A stretch of DNA of 51,434 nucleotides, from positions 124,001-175,434 of the forward strand of contig JABANN010000008.1 in the NCBI GenBank assembly GCA_013115125.1, given 5' to 3'. The notes below the pieces were generated by a model that had not been told where the DNA came from, searched no databases, and was given only the letters and a program-made list of their open reading frames with translations. Source of the DNA: Perkinsus olseni. Lineage: Eukaryota. This document shows, piece by piece, positions 34,932-43,834 of this stretch. The stretch's first letter is position 1, and each line of letters begins with the position of its first letter. The translations under genes and the position numbers were made by a program.

Positions 34932-36839
34932 TCAGATGTCGGGGGCCTCTGAGGTGGCGACCAAGTAGTCCGAGTGTTGATACCATTCGGCACGGCGAGC
35001 ACTGGCTGCCAGTACCCTATTATACCAGTTGTCGCCTGCGTACTTGAGCTGCTTCGTGAAGGTTTCGTATAGGGGCAGAAGATAGCGAGCGTCGTGTGAT
35101 GCATAGACGATAATGCCTGGGTGTAAGGGACGCTCAGTAAACACTTTATAGCTCCCACCGTGCTTGGGTTCGAACAAGGCTTTGCCAATGTCGTTGATTC
35201 GGGTCGCAAAGTCTCGCAGCTCTGGCTGGACAAACACCTCAGACTGGACAAGACACTTGAAGAGGCCAATCACATAGCGGACGGTTAGCCCTCGAGCTCG
35301 TCGCAACGCCACCTCGGCCAATTGAAGGTCGAAAACATTCTGTGGGGCGACATTGAACTGGTAGTAGAGGGCATCCACGTCATGACGAGGGTCGTAGAAG
35401 ACCTTCTCGATCAGAGTATCTTCCATAATAGACTTCAGTGAAGTACCAGTATGGGTAGTAGCATGGAAGGCGTGGAACCCCAGTCTGGTGATATCCACAA
35501 CATACACGCTCCTCGGATCAGACGATAAGCATAGCTGAGCCAAACTCATCGCACCGTCCCTGGACAGGTTGAGACCCTCAAAGTCCACAGCCATCGCGGC
35601 CTTCTCACCAGCCTCAGCTGCCTTGCTCAGATCCGACAACTGGCACAGCAGGTTCATCAAGGAGCCAAAGTCGTCAACAGAGTAAACCCTGAAGTCAGCA
35701 TTTACGAACGCCTCCTCCTTGTCGCTAAGACAGCAGGCCAGCTCCCCGGTGGCTGGATCCACCACATAGTGATGATAGAAGCCACTCAAATGTTGGTAGA
35801 GCCTCTCTTCCTCCGTTGCTGGTGTCAATGACATTGCCACTGATATCCGCTTCCCCTTCACTACGCCAGCCTCGATGTACTTATCCCAGGCGTCCTCCGC
35901 ACTATTGGCACAGATCGCCTGTAAACCGTCGGTGAACCGCGCAGTGCGAGCACCGGGGTACTCGACGAGAACTCGGATCTCGTCGAGGGGGTGAGAGAGC
36001 ATCCATACGACTACCTTCTGTATAAGGAAAGTAGAGCAGACCTGCTGCGGTGATGGAGGAACACCGGGGGCTTGAGGAGATGTTATCGATATTTGGTGGA
36101 AAAAGCTCATAAAGAAATGATAGCACATCTCCCTATGATTCACCAACCCTACCATCTCTGGCTGCCTCCTATTACCATAGATCGGTACCCATTGATCGAC
36201 AGCCCTCATACAAGTAAATACAAACTTCGCAAATAGATCTCTCACCTCAGCCTCCACCAGGGCCTTCTCTGAATCCGATAACTGCACGGTGAGCGTCGGG
36301 TCTAACGTGTTGAGGTAGCTATCCGGATCCGCATAATAGCAATTGAGCAGCAACTCTTCCAGCTGCGCATAGTCGTCCGCCGGCTGTGGTACACCATCCA
36401 GCTTTGGTGACTCCAGATGCACGCTGAGACAGTCGGTGATAGCAGCCGAAAGGAAACCTTCGAAGGGCTCTCCGTCCGGCCCAAAGCGATTATCCTCCCC
36501 CTCTCGCCCCACTACGCTGGCTGTTACGGCGCGATTGGAAGCAGCCTCAGCTGCCGTTGCCTCAGTCGACTCCGAATTGCCCGACGCCCCACCGATCTCG
36601 ACTGCTGGTGGCGTGGCCGCCAACGGCTCACCGCCGTAGTAATGACATTCTGCGTCGTTGGAAAAATCCACAATGGGACAATGCTGAGAGGCGGTGTGCG
36701 GGAAGGCCTCCGACGATGGCTGCTGGTGTTCCGCTGTTGCTTCTGCGGGAACGGCTGCTGCTGCTGCTGCTGTTGATGCTGTCGAACAGTCTTCTATAAT
36801 AGGAATTGCAATCGAAGAGGAGAAATTCCGTGTCGACAT
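34932..36839 (-). CDS. DEDDy 3'-5' exonuclease, EXD1/Egalitarian-like, paralogue A (intronless)
   Basis: ExoI AVDFEG, ExoII FYDPRHD, VFDLQLA, ExoIII YASHD. The first in-frame ATG (36839) lies just after a pyrimidine-rich ...TTTCGCAG. Confidence 0.85.
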   Translation of the reverse strand: MSTRNFSSSIAIPIIEDCSTASTAAAAAAVPAEATAEHQQPSSEAFPHTASQHCPIVDFSNDAECHYYGGEPLAATPPAVEIGGASGNSESTEATAAEAASNRAVTASVVGREGEDNRFGPDGEPFEGFLSAAITDCLSVHLESPKLDGVPQPADDYAQLEELLLNCYYADPDSYLNTLDPTLTVQLSDSEKALVEAEVRDLFAKFVFTCMRAVDQWVPIYGNRRQPEMVGLVNHREMCYHFFMSFFHQISITSPQAPGVPPSPQQVCSTFLIQKVVVWMLSHPLDEIRVLVEYPGARTARFTDGLQAICANSAEDAWDKYIEAGVVKGKRISVAMSLTPATEEERLYQHLSGFYHHYVVDPATGELACCLSDKEEAFVNADFRVYSVDDFGSLMNLLCQLSDLSKAAEAGEKAAMAVDFEGLNLSRDGAMSLAQLCLSSDPRSVYVVDITRLGFHAFHATTHTGTSLKSIMEDTLIEKVFYDPRHDVDALYYQFNVAPQNVFDLQLAEVALRRARGLTVRYVIGLFKCLVQSEVFVQPELRDFATRINDIGKALFEPKHGGSYKVFTERPLHPGIIVYASHDARYLLPLYETFTKQLKYAGDNWYNRVLAASARRAEWYQHSDYLVATSEAPDI

Positions 36840-37504
36840 GAAACTGCGAAAGAACGGCAATTTCGACGAGTTCCGAAGGCTCAACGCAAGCCCAGTGCAT
36901 TACTAGTAGACTATAAGGAGTAAATAGATGGTAACCAAATGTCCGCGGCTGGTACTTTTGCTACTACTACGACGACTACTACCTAGCAGGGCCGAGTCGG
37001 TCCGCCTGGCGCCCTGGACCATGAAGCCTCTGCCTTCAATACAATGGTACAGTATATTAGGCCATGACATGAGAGTAGATCGATTACCAGACGACGGAAA
37101 GAGACCGACAGTCGTGATGATAGCCGTGATTAGGGTAAATAAGACATCCCCCAGAAATAGAGTCACCATACACGGCAATACTGCTCTAGCCTCCTCGACG
37201 CTCACCACAGGTGTGGCTGTTGAAAAGACAACGGTATAGGTGGCAAGGATGGGTCACCAATGCACCTTCATCACATTAGGACTAGTACGATCATGCTGAC
37301 GACAGACGGAGACCCCCGAGCCCAGCACCAAGAGAACCTTACGGCAATGACCATCCCATGTTGAAAAAGAGCTTCTGCAGTGGATGCAAAACTGCGACAT
37401 TAAAGAGGTACTTGGACTCGCGAGAACTTCAAAGAAAAGCCTCAGACAACGTAGCAGGCAGTCATCAGAGTCATCGGCAGCAAAAGATTATCGAGAGCCA
37501 ATGG

Positions 37505-39328
37505 CTATATGTCAGGTGCCTCCGAAGTGGGCTTCACGTACTCGATGTTCTTATACCACTGCGCTCTCTCAGTGCTCACCTTGCAAACTCTCTCGTAGAG
37601 GTTGTCCCCGGCCTCCTTAAGTCGCTTGGTGAACAGGTCTTTGAGTGGTAGTAAATATCGAACGTCGTGTGACGCATAGACGATAATACTGGTGTGGAGG
37701 GGCCGTTGAGTGAATACTTTGAAACTGCCCCCATGTTTCGGTTCATATAGAGCTTTCCCAGCGTCGTTGATCCTCCTAGCAAAGTCCATCATAGCCGACT
37801 GAGTGAAAAGCTCAGGCTGGGCAATGAGACACTTGAAGAGGCCAATCACATAGCGGACGGTTAGCCCTCGAGCTCGTCGCAACGCCACCTCGGCCAATTG
37901 AAGGTCAAACACATTCTGTGGGGCGACATTGAACTGGTAGTAGAGGGCATCCACGTCATTCCGAGGATCGTAAAAGACTTTCTCAATCCTCGCATCTTCC
38001 ATGATGGACTTCAGTGAAGTACCAGTATGAGTAGTAGCATGGAAGGCGTGGAACCCCAGTCTGGTGACATCCACAACATACACGCTTTTCGGGTTCGACG
38101 ATAAGCATAGCTGAGCCAAACTCATCGCACCGTCACGGCATAAATTGAGGCCTTCAAGGTCCACAGCCATAGCCGTGGGTTTCCCGTTAGAAGCGATCCT
38201 CTCCAGTTTCGACAGCTGGTACAGGAGATTCATTAAAGAGCCAAAGTCGTCAACCAGATATACTCGGAATTCACTGTTGACGAACGACGCCACTTTATCG
38301 CTCAGACAGCAGGCAATTTCCCCAGTCGTTGGATTAACGGTGTAATGGTGGAAAAAGCCGCTCAAATGCTGGTATAGTCGATCCTCTGCCGGATTGCAAG
38401 GCTCAGAGCCCATGATCTCGATACATTTGCGTTGGACCCGGCCTGCCTCCAAGTATTTCCTCCAGGCGTCCTCAGCAATGCCGGCACACATGAGCTGCAA
38501 ACCGTCGGTAAATCGCGCTATTCGGGCCCCAGGGTGCTCGATTAAAACCCGTAGATCCTCAATAGCGTGAGAGAGCATCCATAGGACTACCTTCTGTATG
38601 AGGAAAGTAGAGCAGACCTGCTGCGGTGATGGAGGTACACCGGGGGCTTGAGGAGATGTTATCGATATTTGGTGGAAAAAGCTCATAAAGAAATGATAGC
38701 ACATCTCCCTATGATTCACCAACCCTACCATCTCTGGCTGCCTCCTATTACCATAGATCGGTACCCATTGATCGACAGCCCTCATACAAGTAAATACAAA
38801 CTTCGCAAATAGATCTCTCACCTCAGCCTCCACCAGGGCCCTCTCCTTGTCACTCAGACTTTCTAAGTTCTTCTCCTCCGGTCGTTGGTTCAGAGTTGCC
38901 TTGGGCTCACTGTAATAACAACCCACAAGAAAATCCACTAACTGCGAGTAGTCCACCGGTACTGCCGCTTGTTGCTGACCACCAGCCGCACCACATTCCA
39001 GATGGGTCTTCACAACTTGGCTAAAAGTCGTAGATAAAAACGAATAGTACGGCCGCTCCTGCGGGTCCTTTCTCCCGGCTGCCGGTGACTCAGCAGTGCT
39101 GGGCGTCTCCGAGCTTTGAGACACTGCTATACCAGACGCATTGTTATTGTCGTTCTGTTGCTGCTGCTGTTGTTGTAGAGGTTGATGATGCCAATTCCGT
39201 CCGTACTGTCGCCGCCGGCCCCGGCCACCGTTGCTCGATGGTCCACTGGTCGCCGAAGTAGCACTCGTAGTCCGAGAAGGCGAGCCGACTGTAGGGATGG
39301 TACTTGACACGGTTGCTGCGGTGGTCAT
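37505..39328 (-). CDS. DEDDy 3'-5' exonuclease, EXD1/Egalitarian-like, paralogue B (intronless)
   Basis: AVDLEG, FYDPRND and YASHD motifs. Tandem paralogue of 34932-36839 with a different low-complexity (RGRRR, poly-Q) N-terminus. Confidence 0.85.
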   Translation of the reverse strand: MTTAATVSSTIPTVGSPSRTTSATSATSGPSSNGGRGRRRQYGRNWHHQPLQQQQQQQNDNNNASGIAVSQSSETPSTAESPAAGRKDPQERPYYSFLSTTFSQVVKTHLECGAAGGQQQAAVPVDYSQLVDFLVGCYYSEPKATLNQRPEEKNLESLSDKERALVEAEVRDLFAKFVFTCMRAVDQWVPIYGNRRQPEMVGLVNHREMCYHFFMSFFHQISITSPQAPGVPPSPQQVCSTFLIQKVVLWMLSHAIEDLRVLIEHPGARIARFTDGLQLMCAGIAEDAWRKYLEAGRVQRKCIEIMGSEPCNPAEDRLYQHLSGFFHHYTVNPTTGEIACCLSDKVASFVNSEFRVYLVDDFGSLMNLLYQLSKLERIASNGKPTAMAVDLEGLNLCRDGAMSLAQLCLSSNPKSVYVVDVTRLGFHAFHATTHTGTSLKSIMEDARIEKVFYDPRNDVDALYYQFNVAPQNVFDLQLAEVALRRARGLTVRYVIGLFKCLIAQPELFTQSAMMDFARRINDAGKALYEPKHGGSFKVFTQRPLHTSIIVYASHDVRYLLPLKDLFTKRLKEAGDNLYERVCKVSTERAQWYKNIEYVKPTSEAPDI

Positions 39329-39826
39329 AAGTGGGACAACCACCGCGACAAACTAACATTCAGGGCGTATCAAGGAAGCACCGCGTTACTACACCTATTG
39401 GCGACGCCCCAGTAGACAGCACGTTGAGGGTGTCTGCCTCTCGTACTCACAGTGATCACGAGCTTTTAGCACTAGACACTCGTTCGGCGCATATAAATAT
39501 CCCCGACTGAAATCGGACTCAGTGTGGGGCTATTTCGTATCCTACAACCATCAACCTGAGATCCCGCTCATCCGAATCGCGAATCGACGCCGCTGTACAG
39601 GAACCCAAAATTTGGACTGCAAAGTCCTAAGAGCCTCGTCAAGAAACCTAAAGCATTTCGCCTAACGAGCATTCCTGAAGCCCGCAAGATTCGCCCGAGC
39701 CGACTGGGGCGAGACAAAAAAAACAAACAAGACGCGCTTCGCTCCGCCCTCGAATTCGCTTCCGCGCCCGCGCTATGAGCAATCGATTAGCATCACTGCC
39801 GTGCGGACTTGCTGCCCAAACCAACC

Positions 39827-40307
39827 ATGCAGAACGATCAGGGAAAGATTGTCGACTTGTACATCCCTCGTAAGTGCTCCGCCACTAACAGGATTATTGC
39901 CGCCAACGACCACAAGTAATAGGGAGGGAAACTAGAGTTTTGGGTGTAACTTTGCTGTGCCATTCGTTTTTTCTGTGCTTTTCTCGAGCGTCGGGGGCGT
40001 CCGATGTTCTGCCCGTGCTGTACGGTTGCCGGGGTTCTTTTCAACGAGCAGTCTGCTCGCTCGGATGGTTATGGCGCGTTATTTTCAGGTCGGCTCAGTT
40101 CAACGTTGCCGTTGTTGACCTCAAGACTGGCCTTGCCACCGGTGAATTCCACCCCATCTGCATTGCCGGTTACATGAGGGGCAAGGTAGTATTTCTTCGT
40201 CGACGTCCGTTCTGGTTTGGGTGTTATTTCTCTTCTTTCAGGGCGAGTCTGATGCTTGCGTCAACCGTCTCTTGCACGAGAAGAACATCCTCACCTTCGC
40301 CGAGTAA
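39827..40307 (+). CDS. RPS21: 40S ribosomal protein S21 (eS21)
   Basis: [40 protein letters not shown]...[29 protein letters not shown]. Introns at 39916-40088 and 40186-40241. Confidence 0.96.
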
Positions 40308-40460
40308 ATTACCCAATTGCTCTACGACGTAATGGCGAGTGATGAACCTTGTCCGTTCCTAACGCACGGTTCGTTGCCAGCAGCAACGCAAGTCACATGC
40401 TTTGGTGTTGAGTTAAGGGACTTGTGTTCGACGACTACGGGTGGGGTGAGAGTTGGTGAT

Positions 40461-40592
40461 AGGATGTTTCGAAGACCACACTCGTTCTACGTACGACTGC
40501 GGTTCAAAATCATCCAAGAGTAATGACCAAGTCTAGCGGGTGGCATGATGAGCTTCTGTTATGATCTCGTGTCAATTGGCTAGACCACACTT
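40461..40592 (+). ncRNA. Box H/ACA snoRNA, copy 1
   Basis: Hairpin (GGATG/CATCC), H box AGAGTA at 40517-40522, hairpin (GTCTAGC/GCTAGAC), then ACA+3 nt at 40587-40592. The first pocket (TCGAAG / TCAAAA) complements conserved LSU UUUUGA-UC-CUUCGA. Confidence 0.75.
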
Positions 40593-40612
40593 AACTACTC
40601 GAACTACTAGCG

Positions 40613-40697
40613 ATGATGATTATCTCTTAATCTGACACCTCTTGTCCGAGCACAGACCGAAGAGTCCGTGCGCTGAACACAAATGAGACGTTGCTGA
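40613..40697 (+). ncRNA. Box C/D snoRNA, SNORD60/snR48-like, copy 1
   Basis: C box ATGATGA; guide TCTGACACCTCTTG antisense to LSU AGAGGUGUCAGA; D' CCGA; D box CTGA at 40694. Confidence 0.8.
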
Positions 40698-40714
40698 GCC
40701 AGTATTGCTATCAT

Positions 40715-40800
40715 GAGTATGATGAACTAGCGACCAATTCGGATTCCCCTTCCTTAGCAGTTCCAACTGCTATGAGGCCAACCTCGCATTCTTCTGACTC
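40715..40800 (+). ncRNA. Box C/D snoRNA guiding the LSU GGGGAAUCCGA region, copy 1
   Basis: ATGATGA at 40719; guide TCGGATTCCCCT; CTGA at 40794; terminal GAG/CTC stem. Confidence 0.75.
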
Positions 40801-40813
40801 GTCAAATTGTAAC

Positions 40814-40889
40814 GCCGATGATGATTCTGTGCTATCAGACTAGAGTCGCTGATAGATTCTGATGATACTCTCTCAACGCACACTGAGGC
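40814..40889 (+). ncRNA. SNORD52: Box C/D snoRNA, SNORD52/snR78-like, copy 1
   Basis: ATGATGA at 40818; guide CAGACTAGAGTC antisense to LSU GACUCUAGUCUG; D' CTGA at 40849; C' TGATGA; D CTGA at 40883; GCC/GGC stem. Confidence 0.82.
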
Positions 40890-40902
40890 ACGATTGCTCC
40901 TT

Positions 40903-41033
40903 GGATGAAAGGAAACCACATTCATCCTCCTGTGAGTTTTGCGGTTGTTACAACTCGTCCTATATTGCCCTTTTCAGCGGGTGGCATCAGGTTTATTCTC
41001 CATAGCTGCGTGTCAATTGGCTGGCATACACTT
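40903..41033 (+). ncRNA. Box H/ACA snoRNA, copy 2 (diverged first pocket and H box)
   Basis: Same stems as copy 1 (GGATG, ACCACA/TGCGGT, GCGGGTGGCAT...GTGTCAATTGGCT) and terminal ACACTT. The H box reads ATATTG. Confidence 0.6.
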
Positions 41034-41041
41034 CATTATGA

Positions 41042-41126
41042 TCTATGATGATTTCTCAATACTTCTGACACCTCTTGTCCGAGCGGTTCAAGAACCGCGC
41101 TGAACAGATATGAGAAAGTCTGAGAC
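41042..41126 (+). ncRNA. Box C/D snoRNA, SNORD60/snR48-like, copy 2
   Basis: ATGATGA at 41045; TTCTGACACCTCTTGT-CCGA; CTGA at 41120. Confidence 0.8.
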
Positions 41127-41139
41127 GCTTAACACGTTC

Positions 41140-41225
41140 TGGTGATGATGATTCGCGATTATTTCGGATTCCCCTTCCTTAGCGGTTTCGGCTGCGATGA
41201 GGCGATGTTCGCTTTTCCTGAACCA
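41140..41225 (+). ncRNA. Box C/D snoRNA guiding the LSU GGGGAAUCCGA region, copy 2
   Basis: ATGATGA at 41145; TTCGGATTCCCCTTCCTTAGC conserved with copy 1; CTGA at 41218; TGGT/ACCA stem. Confidence 0.75.
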
Positions 41226-41235
41226 TGATTGTATA

Positions 41236-41314
41236 TAGCCGATGATGATACTGTGCAATCAGACTAGAGTCTCTGATACATTGTGATTATAACAACTCGC
41301 ATTCCCTGAGGCTA
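41236..41314 (+). ncRNA. SNORD52: Box C/D snoRNA, SNORD52/snR78-like, copy 2
   Basis: ATGATGA at 41242; CAGACTAGAGTC-T-CTGA; D CTGA at 41306; TAGCC/GGCTA stem. Confidence 0.82.
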
Positions 41315-41443
41315 TGTTCTCTTTCCTCCATTACGTCGCACCTTAAACTACGAGTGTTCGCATGTTTGATGATTCGTGGCCCGCGCACGACCTTGTCTTG
41401 CAACTTGACAACATTAACAATCGAAAGGACATGAAAAACTTAT

Positions 41444-43022
41444 TCATTGAATAGAGCACATTCGTTTGCAATTACGACAACGTTCGTTACTATCTCCATT
41501 ACCTAACAGCGAAGAAAATTCTACCACGAACAGCGTAGCACACCTACTAGGTGGACTGTCTCGAGCCCCACTTGCAATCAAATATGACCGCGAGGCTTCA
41601 ATCCGCGGGGAATACCACGGAGTTGGAACTCGTCGGTCCTCTGGAACGGCAACGTTCTTCAGCGTTCGGAAAGCGCAAACGCACCATGGTCGGCAGATCG
41701 AACTGATCGGTCTTCGGCTGCTTCAGCCTCCAGTCTAAGGGCAACAGAGACATACAGCTCACCGATTCAGATACATCCCCACCGATTTATCCGATCCTTC
41801 AGATTTTCAATGATGGTCTTCTGTTTATCGGCCTCTTCCCGTGCTTCTTGTCTTTCATTTTCAACATTGCGTAGTTTCTGGCATTCGCTCTCGGCCCGCA
41901 AACAGCCTGGAATCAGGCGCTGATAGCAAGCACCACGGTCAGTATCGACACCAACGTTGAGCAAGCAGCCTAGCGTTCCTCTCCTTCTCAACTCTCTCTG
42001 AATGTTCAGCGTCAAAGTCACGTTTGAGTTTCTCATAACCCTTGCGCATCTCCCGTTGATTCAGATCGACGAAGCTCATCCTGAACAACAGCTCGCTGAG
42101 ACACCATCAAAAGGAAGTGGGTCCGTTTTACAGCTCTCGAAAATTCACCCGATCGGGGTCTGACTGCGGTGAAAATGCCGAACCCGGTGCAGATCCTTCC
42201 TGGTTGACCGGGGCCATCCCTACACAAGAGAATGTTTGCAATGCAGCGAACTTCAACCGTCACGTTAAACGTCTGCTCGCCGGGTGCACTGCCCCTACCA
42301 GAGCATAGATGCGACTGATTGCGGATCATAAAGGACGACACTCTCTCTTCGAAACGTTTTTTGCGCACTGGCTATGGACAGCGTTGACCGTCCGCACCAG
42401 CGAATTGGTAAGCACACCTTCAGTCATTGCCAAGAGGAAGGTCTTGAACTCCTCGACTTCTTCGTACTTCTCCTTCAGTGCTGACTTCAAGCTCTCATTT
42501 ATTTGCTCTCGTGCGTCCAGCTGTTCTCCCAGCGCAGAGTTGCGAAAGTCAGAGTATCTGGCCGGCTGTTCTGAGCCAACGACGACGAACGTGCGATTTA
42601 CAGGGGCTCACAGGCGTCACAAACTCGGACTTTGGCCTTCACACCGGGCACCCTGAGAAGCGTGCCTCACGACCAATCCGACGGCTGCTGCGGACGGAAG
42701 ACTCACACGACTCGGTGCTCGCTGCACTGTGCGCAAACAACCCTTCCACAGTGCCGGCAGTGATGCTTCCTTCTCGTCACCTGAGCACTGCCAGAGATGC
42801 TGAGGCGGCATCGGGCGCTGGGCCTCCACCGAGAATGGCTCGTGGCAAACCGAGCATGCAGTGACCATGTCATCAGGCACCCAGTGAGCCTTCGGGTCGG
42901 CCGGCACGAACTTCTCCTTGCCTATCTCCTGAGGGTGGATATCCAGTAAACGCAACCGCAGTGATAATGAACACAACCAATGGTACTTCGTCGCTAGCGT
43001 AGAGAGTATCTTCTTGGTCCAT
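41444..43022 (-). CDS. FYVE zinc-finger / coiled-coil protein ending in CaaX
   Basis: HWVPDDMVTACSVCHEPFS (WxxD), RKHHCRHCGRVVCAQCS, VRVCDAC; coiled-coil exons; ends NCKRMCSIQ*. Confidence 0.75.
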
Positions 43023-43834
43023 GGTAGTAGATGCCGAAGATTGACGAAAGGGCAACTGAGCGTTGTCGATGATTTGGTACTGTAACCAACCCGCGATACT
43101 GTGCGTTACAGTCACCCCCATTGGCGTCCGACTAAACTCAACAGCATGGCCCGTCGTAGTTAACACGCATTACCACAGTGAAGGACGACGAGTATTATAA
43201 TAACAATGACGGTGTTCATGATGATGATAATGACTATAAAGGATCCTGTAACGACTTGAAGCAAATGTCAGTGATGGTGATTCTACTACGTACTAATAAA
43301 ACGACAAGAGGATTTAAACGCAGGCCACCGCAGGTGTCGACTCAGCAGGGAGCAAAGCTTCCCCGCAGTTAGAGCATCACCGCCGCGGTCAGCAGGAATA
43401 AAAATGAACAAAAAATGGAAAATATACGCGCATTCTACTGAGCCAGGGACTCGCAAAATAACACTGTGCTGAGGATTCTCTCCTTCCATACTATCTATGC
43501 TACTACCCAATACGTCTACAACAGAATGAGTCAGCAGGCCACAAGCAGGCTCTCCAAGTACGCCCGTATTATGAATGCGCTCGACTGCTCGGATACAATG
43601 ACAATCGGTGGTTGGTTCCGGGGGGACAAGGCTGGGCAGCATGAGACGAATTTACGCCTCGGACAACGACCGTATTCTATCGCCCGGACTACAAGTGATA
43701 AAAAATCAAGGAAACAGCAGAACAAAAATCAAAGAAATAATCTCGTTCAATCATAGAACAGCAGAAGAGTGACTTCTGCTTAGCCGCTCGGCAGCGCCTC
43801 AAGAATAGAAATACTCTAGCAGTAAGTCGACAAG

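Noticed and set aside
36840-36884. TTG-initiated, mitochondrial-presequence-like extension of exonuclease A
   Set aside because: No ATG, and the stretch is better explained as a pyrimidine-rich splice acceptor just before the ATG at 36839.
36840-39420. Relict spliced-leader sequence upstream of the intronless exonucleases
   Set aside because: No CCGTAGCCAT...GGCTCAAG-like match was seen, so retroposition remains only an inference.
40338-40400. Extra C-box-like GTGATGA just after the RPS21 stop
   Set aside because: No matching D box or recognisable guide, and it is not duplicated with the cassette. Probably 3' UTR.
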